Source: the human T2T-CHM13v2.0 reference genome, Homo sapiens. From it: DNA of 64,000 bases. Within the stretch, counting starts at the first letter, position 1; every line of letters begins with the position of its first letter. The translations under genes were made by a program, and so were the position numbers. Positions 62,666-64,000 of this stretch are shown here, in pieces. The notes under the pieces were generated by a model, which worked only from the letters and a program-made list of their open reading frames with translations, was not told where the DNA came from and did not search any database. The stretch lies in the NCBI RefSeq assembly GCF_009914755.1, contig NC_060948.1. One strand, given 5' to 3'.

Positions 62666-64000
62666 AGATCCGTATTTTTTAAATGAAAAAAAATTTCAAA
62701 GGTACTCTGCTTGGTACAATAATCAAATGTATAAACTGAGGAATAAAACATAACCATGAAACCTACTTATAACTGCATATGGAAAATACAGAGGATAATT
62801 TTTTAAATAACATATTTTGAAAGCCTTAACTAGTAATTTGAAGAGTTGGCATTTGAAAGGCCAGTATGAATATACCTTCAAAGCAGCAACACAGGTTCCC
62901 CATGAGCAAAAGCAAACTCAGGGAAAATAAAACCACAAAGGTTCAATCTCTTCTGACCTTTGAAAGACACAGCACAGACAGTGGTCCTTAGGACGAAGAG
63001 CAGGAGACCCCTAATTCCGTCACCATGGCGATAGGGCATAAACATTGCTGGGTGAGGGCACAATCCACATTGTGAGGTCCAACTGCTGCCAGGAAGACAG
63101 GAGTGCTTTTACATAGACCGAAAGGTCATTGAAGGCTCAGAGTTTTGTTTCAAGAACTGAATCCCAAGCCCACACGTTATTAGGCTGCGCTTCTTAAAAC
63201 AAGTTATGAGATGGGAAAAAGGGCACCCACAAACATACGTATACATTATGTATATAATAATATACAGTATCATATATATAATATATATAACCTATGTATA
63301 ATATAGTTTTACATCCTGCATCTTATGTTATATATATTGTATAAAATATAATAATTGATAATATATAAGTTTTATAATTATACAATATGACATATAGTAT
63401 ATAATTTATGACATATATAATATATGTTATATATCATATATAGAATATATTATACGGTTAATATACGTATTAAATATAAATTATACATTATATATATTAT
63501 ATATAATATATCTGTTATATATAATACCCATTATGCATAATATATATATTATGTCTATGTTATATATAGTATAAAACAACATATAATAATATATAATTGT
63601 ATATATAAAATGCGACATATAATATATATTATATTTTATAACATATGTAATATATATTATATATTATATATAATACGTTGTATGTATAATACCTATATTA
63701 AATATATATTATATGACTATGTTATTAATTACATGTCACATGTGTTATATATTATATATTTTACATAGAATATACCGGTTAGATACAATATATACTATGT
63801 TACCTATAATGTATAATTTATTACATGTAAAATAAAGAATGCAATATATTATGTATAATTTATAATATACAATATGTGGAATGTGATATATATAACATAT
63901 AATATATGATATATGATATACAGTATATGATATATAACATACAATATATGATTCCTAATATATATGGTATACAATATATATTTTATGATATGTATTCTAT

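Overview
The whole window is one head-to-tail tandem array of about 26.4 copies of a 2418-2422 bp composite unit. Each unit is a ~1.56 kb AT-rich low-complexity block, a diverged minus-strand Alu (~290 bp) and a ~570 bp unique-looking segment. This matches the human DYZ2/HSat1B satellite (AT-rich + Alu + HSATI), whose large arrays lie in Yq12 heterochromatin. The GGCC site map predicts the classical ~2.1 kb HaeIII fragment. I find no credible protein-coding or RNA gene; the listed ORFs are incidental reading frames. The main signal is in the variants between copies, which I read by eye. They show local higher-order structure: a 4844 bp dimer at the start, a 4840 bp dimer block whose partner changes (P-Q-P-Q-R-Q-R), a run of mosaic 2418 bp units, and a 7257 bp trimer (A-B-C) that gives way to a 4839 bp dimer at the end. 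I cannot support a new protein-based biological system here.
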